Source: an uncultured beta proteobacterium | Lineage (GTDB): Bacteria > Pseudomonadota > Gammaproteobacteria > Burkholderiales > SG8-39 | DNA length: 64,000 bases | Assembly (NCBI GenBank): GCA_903928055.1 | Contig: CAIYPG010000076.1 | Location: 87 to 64,086, forward strand | Direction of reading: 5' to 3' | Shown here: positions 22,225-32,357 of the stretch, in pieces | Layout of the letters: every line of letters begins with the position of its first letter | Position numbering within the stretch: the stretch's first letter is position 1 | The notes under the pieces: generated by a model | Databases searched by the model: none | What the model saw: only the letters and a program-made list of their open reading frames with translations | What the model was told of the DNA's origin: nothing | Position numbers and translations under genes: made by a program

Positions 22225-23724
22225 TCAGCCTGCGCGCAATTTGGCGTTCGCTTCGGGATAGGGATAGAGGACATTCAGTGCCACGCTCTGACCGGCATTC
22301 TGCACCACGCGCACATGCTCGCGCTTGAGTTCCCGCGCATGCCGGCAGCCGCAGGAGTGGGCAATCATGTCGATTTCCTTGTTCATGTTCATGGCGTAAT
22401 GCGCCACGCGCAGATATTTTTCCTCGACCACCAGGCCGCGCTGCAGCCGGTGGTTATGCGTCGTCACGCCCGTCGGGCAGGTGTTCTCGTGGCAACGCAA
22501 CGCCTGGATGCAGCCCAGCGCAAACATGAAGCCGCGGGCCGAATTGACGAAATCAGCACCGACACACAGCGCCCATGCCGCACGCGCCGAGGTGACCAGC
22601 TTGCCGGCCGCAATGACGCGGACCCGTTCACGCAATCCTGATTCGATCAGCGCATCCACGACGCGCGGCAGCGCCTCGTTGATCGACAGCGCCATGTGAT
22701 CCATCAGGGCCTGCGGCGCCGCGCCCGAACCGCCCTCGCCGCCGTCAATGGCAATGAAATCGGGGGCGTATTCCAGGCCGCGGCGATTAACCGCCTCGGC
22801 CAGTTCGTTGATGAACTGCCAGCCACCCACCGCCGTCTTCAGGCCCACCGGCTTGCCGGTAAGATCACGCACCAGCGCAATGCGATCCAGGAGCTGGTCC
22901 GCGTTGGCAATGTCACGATGGCGGTTGGGACTGATGGAATCGGCATGCGCGGGAATGCCGCGGATGTCGGCGATCTGTTGCGTCACCTTCGCCCCAGGCA
23001 GCACGCCGCCCTTGCCCGGCTTGGCGCCCTGCGAGAGCTTGATCTCAAAGGCCTTGACCTGGGGCAGCTCGGCGATTTCACGTGCGCGCTGGCGTGAGAA
23101 ATTTCCGTCAGCATCGCGAATGCCATAGTTGGCAGTGCCGATCTGCATGATCACGTCGCAGTTTCCCTCGAGATGAAACGGCGAAAGGCCGCCCTCGCCG
23201 GTATCCATCCAGCAGCCGGCGGTTGCCGCGCCGCGTGACAGCGCGCGCACCGCTGGTTCGGAAATTGCCCCGAAGCTCATGCCGCTGATATTCACCACTG
23301 ATTTGGCGACAAACGGCTGCTTGCAATAGCCCTCGCCAATCGCCAGCGGAGGCGTCGGCAAACGGTCTTCCTCCAGTATCGGATAGGGCGCATTGACGAA
23401 AATGATGCAGCCGGGCTCGTTCTGGTTGTTCGTCGAACCGAAACCGATCACGCCGGCCTCGTCTTTCGCAAGGCGATACACCCAGCCGCGGGTGGCCCGA
23501 TTGAAGGGCATCTCCTCCCGGTCGTTCATGAAGAAATACTGGCGGAAGTATTCGCCGAGTTCTTCCATGAAGTAGCGCAACCGGCCGATCACCGGATAGT
23601 TGCGCAACACCGTATGCTTTTTCTGGGTGACGTCCTGGATGAACCAGACCACGAGCGTGGCAACGACGACAAACCCGAAAATGGTTCCCAGACCGTAGGA
23701 AACGACGCCCAACATGCCGGACAT
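22225..23724 (-). CDS. FMN-binding glutamate synthase family protein
   Basis: ISGMSFGAIS, DTGEGG, EIKLSQGAKPGKGG, CIQALRCHENTCPTGVTT. Confidence 0.9.
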   Translation of the reverse strand: MSGMLGVVSYGLGTIFGFVVVATLVVWFIQDVTQKKHTVLRNYPVIGRLRYFMEELGEYFRQYFFMNDREEMPFNRATRGWVYRLAKDEAGVIGFGSTNNQNEPGCIIFVNAPYPILEEDRLPTPPLAIGEGYCKQPFVAKSVVNISGMSFGAISEPAVRALSRGAATAGCWMDTGEGGLSPFHLEGNCDVIMQIGTANYGIRDADGNFSRQRAREIAELPQVKAFEIKLSQGAKPGKGGVLPGAKVTQQIADIRGIPAHADSISPNRHRDIANADQLLDRIALVRDLTGKPVGLKTAVGGWQFINELAEAVNRRGLEYAPDFIAIDGGEGGSGAAPQALMDHMALSINEALPRVVDALIESGLRERVRVIAAGKLVTSARAAWALCVGADFVNSARGFMFALGCIQALRCHENTCPTGVTTHNHRLQRGLVVEEKYLRVAHYAMNMNKEIDMIAHSCGCRHARELKREHVRVVQNAGQSVALNVLYPYPEANAKLRAG

Positions 23725-23931
23725 GGATGATCCCTCCTTGGGAAGATTGCGACGGGCGCGCCCGTGTATGACAGGTATGCCCTAGTACTACGGGTGTGCC
23801 CGTGGGCCGTTCAAACGCGACGCTGGGGCGGCACCTGCCCGGTCATGATAGGGGAATTCAGGCGGGCATGCTGCGGAATGCCCGGGGGTGCGCTGCAGAA
23901 GGCCTGCTGTAGAGAACCCACTGCAAACGAA

Positions 23932-24423
23932 CTAGGGCAAGGCGCGGACAATCACCGGCGAGGCGTCATCGGCACTGCCGCTGGCGATTTCATGGTCCGA
24001 GGCAGGACGCACTCCCACGACGGTACAGGCGAATTTGAGTGCCATGCCGGAGAGCGGATGGTTGGCATCAAGCACGACTTTGTCTTCAGCGATATCGGTG
24101 ACGGTAAAGATCAGCCCTTCATCGTTGGTGCCGGCCTCACCCTCCAGGCGCATGCCGACGTCCAGCGCCTCGGGCAGATCGCGTCTAGGCACTACGCGCA
24201 GCAGCAGATCGTCGTAGTCTCCATAGGCGTCTTCTGGCTCGAGGCGAATCTCGACCGACTCCTTTGCGCCCCGGCCTTCCAGTGCAGCCTCCACCGCCGC
24301 AAAAATGTCTCCGTACCCGCCGTGCAGGTACTGGACCGGCTCTTCCGTGCGCTCAATCAGGTTGCCCCAGATGTCCGACAGCTCGACATCAAGCGATACC
24401 ACGGTATTCGGTGCGATCAGCAT
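23932..24423 (-). CDS. FKBP-type peptidyl-prolyl isomerase (SlyD-like, no His-rich tail)
   Basis: YLHGGYG, LEPEDAYG, DANHPLSGMAL. Confidence 0.88.
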   Translation of the reverse strand: MLIAPNTVVSLDVELSDIWGNLIERTEEPVQYLHGGYGDIFAAVEAALEGRGAKESVEIRLEPEDAYGDYDDLLLRVVPRRDLPEALDVGMRLEGEAGTNDEGLIFTVTDIAEDKVVLDANHPLSGMALKFACTVVGVRPASDHEIASGSADDASPVIVRALP

Positions 24424-24933
24424 TCAGCGCATATTCCTCACAAGGTTGAGAACTTCGGCGGCATGTCCGCGCGGGCTGACATTGTACAAGGCATGCCGCA
24501 CCGTCCCGTTCTTGTCGATCACGAAGGTGGCGCGCATGACACAGCGGCTGCCGTTGGCGCCGCCGGGATGCTCCCCGTCCTGACGCAGCACACCGTATTT
24601 TTCGCACACCTTGTTTTCCATGTCCGAGAGCAGACAAATGGAAACGCCAACCGCGTCGCGGAATTCGGCGTGGCTGAGACAATCATCAGGGCTCACACCG
24701 ATCACGATGCAATCCAGGCGTTCGAAATCGTTTTCGTGGTCGGAGAAATCCGTGGCCTGCAGGGTGCATCCAGGCGTCCCGTCACGAGGATAGAAGTACA
24801 GCACGACATTCTTCCGTCCGCGATACTTCGCAAGATCGACCCGTTCCATGTCGGCATCGGGCAGGGAGAACAGCGGCGCCGGTTGTCCGGCCCGCAGTGT
24901 GGTGTCGTGGCGTGCAGCGTGGTTGCGGTCCAT
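24424..24933 (-). CDS. bcp: Peroxiredoxin Bcp/PrxQ
   Basis: VVLYFYPRDGTPGCT, IGVSPD. Confidence 0.85.
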   Translation of the reverse strand: MDRNHAARHDTTLRAGQPAPLFSLPDADMERVDLAKYRGRKNVVLYFYPRDGTPGCTLQATDFSDHENDFERLDCIVIGVSPDDCLSHAEFRDAVGVSICLLSDMENKVCEKYGVLRQDGEHPGGANGSRCVMRATFVIDKNGTVRHALYNVSPRGHAAEVLNLVRNMR

Positions 24934-25028
24934 ACGTTCGTATCCCCGTTACCGTTTCATTACGCCTCCGGTACCTGCAAGGTCACCCACGCGCAGGCCC
25001 TCCCTGTGCACAGACTATAATCGTGCCG

Positions 25029-26153
25029 ATGAGAATGCAACTACTCGGTGGAAAAACGGTTGCGCAGTTTCTGTCGCGCAACTGGCAGAAGCGGCCGCTG
25101 CTCGTGCGCAAGGCCATACCGGACTTCAAGGCCGTGGCGCAAGCCGATGAATTGTTTCGACTCGCCACGGACGATGCGGTGGAGTCGCGGCTGGTCAGCC
25201 GCAGGCGCAGCGCCTGGTCGGTCGCGCACGGCCCGTTTCGCACCTCGGATTTTCGGCGCATGCCGGCGGCTGATTGGACACTGCTGGTGCAGGGCCTGAA
25301 CCTGCACAACACTGCCGCGGACCGCCTGCTGCGCCAGTTCAGCTTCATCCCCTATGCACGGCTGGACGATGTAATGGCAAGCTATGCCGTACAAGGCGGC
25401 GGCGTCGGCCCGCATACCGACTCCTATGATGTTTTTCTGGTGCAGGGCTTGGGGCAGCGTCTGTGGCGCATCGGGCGCGCACGAAACACCGAGCTTGTAC
25501 CCGGCATTGAGCTGCGCATCCTGAAGCACTTCGAGCCCGAGGAGGAATACCTGCTCGAATGCGGCGACCTGCTCTACCTCCCGCCGGGCTGGGCCCATGA
25601 CGGCATTGCCCTGGATGACTGCATCACCTATTCAATCGGCTTTCGCGCGCCGGCACGCCGCGAACTCGCGGCGGAATTCCTCACCCGGTATGCCGAACGC
25701 CTGGACATCCCAGGGCTGTATCGCGACCCGGACCTGCGCACACAATCTCAGCCCTCCGCCATTCCAGCGGCCATGGTCGAGCGCACGGCCGAACTGCTGT
25801 CCACAATCCGGTTCACGCGCCAGGACGTGTCACGCTTCCTTGGCGAATATCTGTCCGAACCCAAGCCGCGCATCGTCTTCACCAGGCCGCGCACGCCCAT
25901 CGCCCCCGCGCGATTCCGGGACGGCATGCGAACCCGTGGCGCAAGACTGGATCCGGGAACACTGATGCTGCAGAGCGACGGTGCATTGTTTGTCAACGGC
26001 GAGAATATTTCCTTCACTCGCCTGCAAAAAGCGCGGCTGCTGGAACTGGCCAACCGCCGCTGCCTGCCACCCGGCAGGCATGCAGAGGCGTTGTGCCGGC
26101 TGCTGCACGATTGGTATATTGCCGGCTGGCTGCACCTGGGTGCCGACACGTAA
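25029..26153 (+). CDS. roxA: JmjC/cupin ribosomal protein L16 hydroxylase (RoxA/YcfD family)
   Basis: WQKRPLL, RLDDVMASY, GVGPHTDSYDVFL, GDLLYLPPGWAHDG, YSIGFRAP. Confidence 0.82.
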   Translation: MRMQLLGGKTVAQFLSRNWQKRPLLVRKAIPDFKAVAQADELFRLATDDAVESRLVSRRRSAWSVAHGPFRTSDFRRMPAADWTLLVQGLNLHNTAADRLLRQFSFIPYARLDDVMASYAVQGGGVGPHTDSYDVFLVQGLGQRLWRIGRARNTELVPGIELRILKHFEPEEEYLLECGDLLYLPPGWAHDGIALDDCITYSIGFRAPARRELAAEFLTRYAERLDIPGLYRDPDLRTQSQPSAIPAAMVERTAELLSTIRFTRQDVSRFLGEYLSEPKPRIVFTRPRTPIAPARFRDGMRTRGARLDPGTLMLQSDGALFVNGENISFTRLQKARLLELANRRCLPPGRHAEALCRLLHDWYIAGWLHLGADT

Positions 26154-26175
26154 ATTTCACGCAGCGCCGACCGAC

Positions 26176-26703
26176 ATGACCAACCCGCAGGAACCCGGCA
26201 GGCTCACGACCCCGGAACCACCGGAACCACAGCGCACGCTGCTCACATCAAAATCCGAATACGCCAGCGCGGCAGACCAGTTGCTGGCCATGGCGCAAAA
26301 CGAATTGCGGATATTTGATCCCGATTTCGGCGACTTCCGGCTGGAGGCACCAGCGCGCATTGAGGCGCTCCGGCAGTTTCTTCGTCGCGGCCTGAATAAC
26401 CGGCTCTACGTCGTCGTTCATGATCCGGACACGGTGCAGCGCTACTGCCCGCGTCTGGTCGCCCTGCTGGGAACATTCTCCGGCCGGATGATCATCAATC
26501 GCACCCTGGGCGAAGCTGCACGGGTGCAGGACTGCTTTGTCCTCGCCGACAAGTCCCATCTGGTGCGGCGTCCCGTCGCCGCTCAGGGCCGCGGCGTATT
26601 GATTCTCAATGATCCGCGAGAAGCACTGGCCATGCGTGGGCGCTTCGACGAAATCTGGGAAAGCTCAGAGCCGGGCGTTTCAGCCAATACCACCGGACTG
26701 TAA
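26176..26703 (+). CDS. Conserved hypothetical protein
   Basis: Plausible codon usage, co-oriented with roxA; no recognised motif. Confidence 0.7.
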   Translation: MTNPQEPGRLTTPEPPEPQRTLLTSKSEYASAADQLLAMAQNELRIFDPDFGDFRLEAPARIEALRQFLRRGLNNRLYVVVHDPDTVQRYCPRLVALLGTFSGRMIINRTLGEAARVQDCFVLADKSHLVRRPVAAQGRGVLILNDPREALAMRGRFDEIWESSEPGVSANTTGL

Positions 26704-26873
26704 GCAAAATGAAGGCGATGTAGCCGCTCAGGGCGTGATGCATTTAACGCAGAAGGCGCCACCTGCTTGGGCCTTGGGCCGGCAATTGGTATACTAGCGT
26801 GATCCGGTGGAGGCTTTTCCTCCGGACAGACTCGCTAAATGCACTCAACAATCTCTCTCCAGGAAAACAGAAA

Positions 26874-27089
26874 ATGAAACGCACCATCATTGTCGCAGCG
26901 CTGTCCGTACTCGCCCTTGCCGCCTGCGGAAAAGAAGAGCCGAAGCCGGCTCCCGCCCCGGCTCCTGCTGCCGCTCCGGCTCCGGCTCCGGCTGACGCCG
27001 CCAAGGCTGCAGAAGGCATGACCCCCGCAGCAACCCCGATGGCTCCGGCTGCTCCCGCTGAAGCCCCGAAGGCTGACGCAAAGAAGTAA
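26874..27089 (+). CDS. Small Ala/Pro-rich lipoprotein
   Basis: MKRTII...LAACG lipobox; (PA)n; followed by a terminator. Confidence 0.8.
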   Translation: MKRTIIVAALSVLALAACGKEEPKPAPAPAPAAAPAPAPADAAKAAEGMTPAATPMAPAAPAEAPKADAKK

Positions 27090-27100
27090 TCTCGCAACAC

Positions 27101-27138
27101 AAAAAAGCCGGCCCCTCTTGAAGAGGCCGGCTTTTTTT
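27101..27138. terminator. Bidirectional intrinsic terminator
   Basis: AAAAAAGCCGGCC...GGCCGGCTTTTTTT. Confidence 0.88.
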
Positions 27139-27176
27139 ATGGCCGCAACGCCGTATCGGCGTTCAGGACTGGCTAT

Positions 27177-27956
27177 TCATGACAGATCGCGCCAGCCGAA
27201 ACCCTCGGACTGGTCCGCAAGGCCAACCCAGTCGGGCTCACAGCCCAATGCCGACACCAGCGCCGCCCGCGCCAGTTCCGGCGTGTTGTTCTGCTTCGAG
27301 AGATGGGCCGCGACAAGATGCCTGAGGCGTGAGCAATCGAGGGAAGCAAGCAATGCCGCAGAGGACTCGTTGTCCAGGTGCCCGAAACGGCCGGACACCC
27401 TGGCTTTCAGCCACGCTGGATAGGCGCCTTTGCGCAACAACCCCAGGTCATGATTCGTTTCCAGAACCAGCGCTTCACAGCCGGAGAGCATGGCTTCGAT
27501 GTGCGGCGTTGAGCATCCGGCATCGGTCAGCACGCCCAGGCGCCGCACACCATCCGAGAGCACGTACTGAACCGGCTCGCGGGCGTCATGGGGAACCGTA
27601 TAAGGCTGCACCAGCACATCGCCGATTTCAACCGGCGCATGCCCGTCAATCAGCGTCACTGCAACACTTCCGTCAACGCCTTCATCCTGCTCCCGCGCCG
27701 CAGTCAGGGTGCCGTATGTCAACCAGACCGGCAATCCATGCCTGCGTGCAAACGGGAACACCCCGCCGACGTGATCGGAATGCTCATGCGTGACGATGAT
27801 TCCCGTGAGGTCTTCGGGCACAAGACCAAGGCGGCCGAGGCGCAAGGCGGTTTCGCGCGGGTTGAAGCCGCAGTCGAGGAGAATGCGTGTGGTCGCGGAT
27901 TCGAATATCAGGCAATTGCCCTGACTGCCGCTGCCCAGCGAGGCGAACCGGGTCAT
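27177..27956 (-). CDS. MBL-fold metallo-hydrolase (YycJ/WalJ-like)
   Basis: LGSGSQGN, THEHSDH, VPHDAREP, ETNHD, GHLDN, HLSKQNN. Confidence 0.88.
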   Translation of the reverse strand: MTRFASLGSGSQGNCLIFESATTRILLDCGFNPRETALRLGRLGLVPEDLTGIIVTHEHSDHVGGVFPFARRHGLPVWLTYGTLTAAREQDEGVDGSVAVTLIDGHAPVEIGDVLVQPYTVPHDAREPVQYVLSDGVRRLGVLTDAGCSTPHIEAMLSGCEALVLETNHDLGLLRKGAYPAWLKARVSGRFGHLDNESSAALLASLDCSRLRHLVAAHLSKQNNTPELARAALVSALGCEPDWVGLADQSEGFGWRDLS

Positions 27957-27995
27957 CCGCCGCTACGCCTCCGCAGTTGCACTGATTAAATTCGC

Positions 27996-29165
27996 CTACT
28001 TCAGCTGATCGTGCAGCAGGGAAAGAATTTTTCGCCCTGTATCGGAACGTTCCGCAGTGCCGTTCTTGTCCTGCACCTGGATCTGGCTGGAGTCGTTGAC
28101 GTCCTTGACCAGTACACGGTACTGCTCGGGCCTGATCGGGGTGCTGTTCGAACGCCAGAAAGCCAGCTTTGACAGCAACCCTTCATCTTTCTTGCCGTTG
28201 GCCAAGTCGGATTCCGGATCAACGTAGCGAACAAAGTAATACCCCTTGGAGCGATCGCGGTCTTCAACCGTGAATCCGACGCGGTCCAGCGCCAGACCCA
28301 CCCGGCGCCAGGCCCGGTCAAACGGCTCCGCCAGGTCGATCTGTCCGGAACCATCTGCCGTCTTGACCAGTTTGGCGCGGTCAGTCTGCTCGGCAGCCGC
28401 AATCACTTCACGCGCCCTGCCTTGTTCGACGCCGAAACGTACCATCAGCTTGCCAAGGAATTCCGCCTCCAGGTCAGGATCAGCCGGACGCGGTTGCCAG
28501 ATGAATGTGGTAAGACCCGAGGTGGTGCCCGCTTTTTCCGAGGCCACCTCAACCAACCCACGGTGACTGATGTAGATTTCCGTGGAGTTCGGCTCGGCGC
28601 CTCGCTCTAGGCGCGTCCTGAACTTGTCACGCTCGCCGGTCGAGAAAAGCTGATCAAGGTAAGTTCCCAACGCATTGCGAACAAGATCAGTTGGAATTTT
28701 CGCGCGATTCTCGGCCCAGTCCGTTTCCATGACGCCCGACTCCGGAACCTCGAGATTCACCAGGAAGCCGGACTCCTGCCAGAACTCCTTGACCACCGGC
28801 CAGACTTTCTCCGGGGTGTCGTTGACCACCAGCCAGCGCTGCGATCCCGCGCGCTCGATGCGCACCTTGGTTATCGTGGGCAGCAACTCACCCGATCCGG
28901 AACGTGCCGCCCCCTTTTCAGCAGCATAGGCCGAATAGGTATTGACGGTGCCCGGCGCCCCGGCCGGCAGCGTGAATCTGTCATCCCCCGTGGGCCGAGT
29001 CAGATTGGGCGGCAGTTCGAGCGGAGGCAGGGACTGCTTGGCAGCCGACTTGTAGTCAGCCTTGCTACCCTTGTCCTCAACCATTCCGGTCAGATTCGAA
29101 AGGGTACTGCACGAACACAACACGGTCGCAGCCAGCACCGGGACAAGCCAATATGTCGGTTTCAT
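27996..29165 (-). CDS. bamC: Outer membrane protein assembly factor BamC
   Basis: Lipoprotein signal; [34 protein letters not shown]; directly downstream of dapA. Confidence 0.88.
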   Translation of the reverse strand: MKPTYWLVPVLAATVLCSCSTLSNLTGMVEDKGSKADYKSAAKQSLPPLELPPNLTRPTGDDRFTLPAGAPGTVNTYSAYAAEKGAARSGSGELLPTITKVRIERAGSQRWLVVNDTPEKVWPVVKEFWQESGFLVNLEVPESGVMETDWAENRAKIPTDLVRNALGTYLDQLFSTGERDKFRTRLERGAEPNSTEIYISHRGLVEVASEKAGTTSGLTTFIWQPRPADPDLEAEFLGKLMVRFGVEQGRAREVIAAAEQTDRAKLVKTADGSGQIDLAEPFDRAWRRVGLALDRVGFTVEDRDRSKGYYFVRYVDPESDLANGKKDEGLLSKLAFWRSNSTPIRPEQYRVLVKDVNDSSQIQVQDKNGTAERSDTGRKILSLLHDQLK

Positions 29166-30079
29166 CCTGCTTTTCCTTCAACGACGCGCAAACCACTTGT
29201 TGAAATGCTTATGTCGGCCGCGCGCATGGCCTCCCTGACGGTATCGTGAAACTGTGCGGCCAGCGGCGTCAGCGGCAAACGGATGCCGGCACCGATGAGC
29301 CCCATCTGCCCCACCGCCCACTTCACCGGAATCGGGTTCGCTTCGACGAACAGCTTCTGGTGCAATGGCAGCAGTTTGTTATTGATCGTGCGCGCAAGGC
29401 CCAGATCACCCGCCTGTGCGGCGACACACATCTCGTGCATGAGACGGGGTGCGACATTCGCCGTCACGGAGATGACGCCATGCCCGCCAAGCAGCAGCAG
29501 CGCAAGGCCGCTGGCATCATCGCCACTGTAGACCGCGAAGCGCTCAGGCGCACGGCGCAGCAGATCACTGCACCGCTCCATGTTGGCTGTGGCGTCCTTG
29601 ATGCCGACGATGTTCGGCACTTCGGCCAGACGCAGCACGGTATCGTTGGCGATATCAGCAACCGTTCGACCCGGAACGTTGTACAGAATGGTCTCGATTT
29701 CGACGGCTTCGGCAATGGCGCGGAAATGCCGGTACAGTCCTTCCTGTGAAGGCCTGTTGTAGTAAGGCACAACCGACAGGCACGCAGCTGCGCCGGCCTT
29801 CTTGGCTGATTCGGTAAGTTCAATTGCCTCGGCGGTTGAATTTGCGCCAGTGCCCGCCACGATGGGAATTCGGCCGGCGGCAAACTCAACGGCCTTGCGG
29901 ATCAGTTCCTTGTGCTCGTCAAAATCGACCGTCGGCGATTCGCCGGTGGTGCCAACGACCACAATCCCATCAGTGCCTTCGGCAACGTGAAAATCAATGA
30001 GCCCGCGAAATCGTGCGAGGTCCAGACGACCATCGTCCAGCATGGGGGTGACTATGGCGACAAGGCTTCCGGTCAGCAT
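29162..30079 (-). CDS. dapA: 4-hydroxy-tetrahydrodipicolinate synthase
   Basis: [35 protein letters not shown]. Confidence 0.96.
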   Translation of the reverse strand: MLTGSLVAIVTPMLDDGRLDLARFRGLIDFHVAEGTDGIVVVGTTGESPTVDFDEHKELIRKAVEFAAGRIPIVAGTGANSTAEAIELTESAKKAGAAACLSVVPYYNRPSQEGLYRHFRAIAEAVEIETILYNVPGRTVADIANDTVLRLAEVPNIVGIKDATANMERCSDLLRRAPERFAVYSGDDASGLALLLLGGHGVISVTANVAPRLMHEMCVAAQAGDLGLARTINNKLLPLHQKLFVEANPIPVKWAVGQMGLIGAGIRLPLTPLAAQFHDTVREAMRAADISISTSGLRVVEGKAG

Positions 30080-30206
30080 GGCGTGTGTTCCTGAATCATG
30101 GCCGGCATTTTAGCCCAATTCACCGGCCATTCCTGTAACCGATTGCATCCGGAACTTATCGCGCAAACACTTGTCGCGCCGGGACATTTTCCAGCCGCCA
30201 CGGGGC

Positions 30207-30350
30207 TCAAAAGCACAGCTTCAGGTCGGCAAGTGCAATGACCATGGTCGGGGAGAGATAGGCGGAATAGGCAAGCGCCAACGCAAAGGCAATGCCGATA
30301 CCAGCTACGCCCGTCGTCATGCGCCGTTTTTGCCTGCGTGTCATCACCAT
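30207..30350 (-). CDS. Small single-TM protein
   Basis: Basic N-terminus and hydrophobic helix (GIAFALALAYSAYLSP...LKLCF) upstream of dapA. Confidence 0.5.
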   Translation of the reverse strand: MVMTRRQKRRMTTGVAGIGIAFALALAYSAYLSPTMVIALADLKLCF

Positions 30351-30433
30351 CCAAGCATTATATGTCGGCTGGTTTCGACCAACAGCCACATTGGGGGGAA
30401 GGATATAATCGCAGCGGCATTCAGGTTAAATCA

Positions 30434-30509
30434 GCCCCCGTAGCTCAGTGGATAGAGCACCTTCCTCCTAAGAAGGGGGTCACACGTTCGATTCGTGTCG
30501 GGGGCGCCA
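30434..30509 (+). tRNA. tRNA-Arg(CCT)
   Basis: Acceptor GCCCCCG/CGGGGGC; D arm GCTC/GAGC; anticodon stem CCTTC/GAAGG with loop CTCCTAA; T loop TTCGATT; encoded CCA; 76 nt. Confidence 0.97.
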
Positions 30510-30729
30510 AAGATTGAACGACTCAGTTGTCAATTCAATGTGAGATGCCGCCTCCGGTACATTCCGGGGCACCTCATTTTTGTTTCAAATAGTGGCACAA
30601 TCCAGAACCGCATCCCATCAAAATGGGCCGGCGCCCCCGGCCCCAGCCGTACAATAAAAACAGCGCTCACGAGTGCCCGGGGCCAACTTTTGGCGCCAGG
30701 CGCACCGGAAACCTCAGGAGGAGCATCGA

Positions 30730-31272
30730 ATGGCAATGATTCTGGTCTACGACCCTACCGCACCTCTGGGCGAAGAAGGCATCCGCCAAGCCAGCCACGC
30801 GCTGAAAAGTCTGACAGGCAAGGTGGTCGGTTTCATCGACAACTCCAAGCCCAATTTCAGCAATCTCATCGATGTCATTTCGCAGAGTCTGATCGAGCGC
30901 TACGGCGTGAAGTCGGTGATCACGCGCCGCAAACCCATGGCCTCGGTGCCGGCCACCGCCTCCGACATGAAAGACCTGGTCGAGCAGTGCGACCTGGTGA
31001 TCACCGGATCGGGTGACTGAGGCTCATGCACGTCGTGGAGTGTCCACGACGCCATTGAAGTGCAAAAGCGCCAGCGCCAGACGCTGACCATCGCCACCAC
31101 CGCGTTCCAGGTGCTGGCCCGCACCCAGGCCAAGGCCCTCGGCCAGCCCGAGCTGCCGGTGGCCATCATTCCCCATCCGCTGGGCCCGCTTTCGCTCAAG
31201 GAACTGCATGACATCGTGGACAGGCAACTGGATGCCATGGTGAAGCTGGTCTGCGAGGGCAACATTAAATGA
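30730..31272 (+). CDS. UGSC-family selenoprotein (Sec at in-frame TGA 31018-31020, residue 97; 180 aa)
   Basis: ORFs 30673..31020 and 31060..31272 share a frame; read-through gives GSGD-U-GSCTSWS; SECIS-like hairpin follows; stop overlaps the next start (ATGA). Confidence 0.85.
31024..31058 (+). promoter_or_regulatory. Putative bacterial SECIS element 1
   Basis: CGTCGTGGA-GTG-TCCACGACG perfect 9-bp stem starting 11 nt after UGA, plus a lower TCATG/CATTGA stem. Confidence 0.78.
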
Positions 31273-32336
31273 ATCAGAATGCCGCAAAAAAAACCGAGAC
31301 GAGCAGGCAACTGATCGAAGTCGACAACGACATCGAAGCCGTCAACCACCTCTATCGCGAGCGGCGCTGGGGCGACGGCCTTCCGGTCATCCCGCCTACG
31401 CGCGAACGCGTCGAGCGCATGCTGGGCGGCACCACGCGGCCTGCCGATGAGGTAGTGGCGCACGTGCAGCCGGGATTCGGGGCAGCGACAGTGAGGCTGA
31501 TTGCAGTCAATGCCGTGATGGCAGGCTGCAATCCAGGATGCATGCCGGTGCTGATCGCTGCCATCGAGGCGGTGACAGATCCCTTGTTCAACCTGCAGGG
31601 CATACAGGCGACCACCAACGCAGCCACGGCGTTCCTCATCGTCAACGGTCCGATCGCCGCGAAGCTCGACATGAACAGCGGCCTAAACTGCCTGGGCCAG
31701 GGAAACTGGGCCAATGCCACGATAGGTCGTGCGCTGCACCTCATCATGCAGAACGTCGGCAGGGCGCTGCCAGGCGAAATGGACCGCGCCACACAGGGAC
31801 AGCCGGGCAAGTTCACTTTCTGCTGCCCAGAAAACGAAGCAGACAGCCCGTGGACGCCGCTGCATGTCGACCGCGGCTTCAAGCCGGAGCAAAGCGCGGT
31901 CACCGTGGTTGGCGCATCGGGCACGCTCAACCTGCTCTGCCACGAAAAGGATGCGGCCGACCTGCTGCGCGTGCTGGCGGACAGCATCCGGTACCCGGCC
32001 AGCAACGACTATTGGTGTGGTGGTGCACCCTGGGTGATCATCGGTCCCGAACATGCCGAAATCTTTGCCGCGGCCGGCATGGACAAGGAAACGGTGCGGT
32101 TGGGTTTATGGGAACAGTCCAAGATGAAGGCCAGCCGGCGTTCCATGAGAGATCTGGCGCGCACCCGCGATGCACGCACCGCGGAACTGGGCGAGATCGG
32201 CCCGGATACGCTGCTGCCCATTTCGCCCACACCGCAGGACCTGGGCATCATCGTCGCCGGCGGCCCTGGCACACACTCGGTCTACATCCCCACGTTCGGA
32301 AACACGCGCTCGGTCACGCGGCAAATCAAGACCTAG
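31269..32336 (+). CDS. Uncharacterised UGSC-partner protein (DGLPxxPPT / AVMAGC / IVNGP motifs)
   Basis: 355 aa; visibly homologous to the C-terminal part of 34366..36144. Confidence 0.85.
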   Translation: MNQNAAKKTETSRQLIEVDNDIEAVNHLYRERRWGDGLPVIPPTRERVERMLGGTTRPADEVVAHVQPGFGAATVRLIAVNAVMAGCNPGCMPVLIAAIEAVTDPLFNLQGIQATTNAATAFLIVNGPIAAKLDMNSGLNCLGQGNWANATIGRALHLIMQNVGRALPGEMDRATQGQPGKFTFCCPENEADSPWTPLHVDRGFKPEQSAVTVVGASGTLNLLCHEKDAADLLRVLADSIRYPASNDYWCGGAPWVIIGPEHAEIFAAAGMDKETVRLGLWEQSKMKASRRSMRDLARTRDARTAELGEIGPDTLLPISPTPQDLGIIVAGGPGTHSVYIPTFGNTRSVTRQIKT

Positions 32337-32357
32337 ATGCATCAACAAGGAGAAAGC

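Noticed and set aside
30487-30509. attL/attR duplication of the tRNA 3' end
   Set aside because: No second copy and no integrase seen by eye in the window
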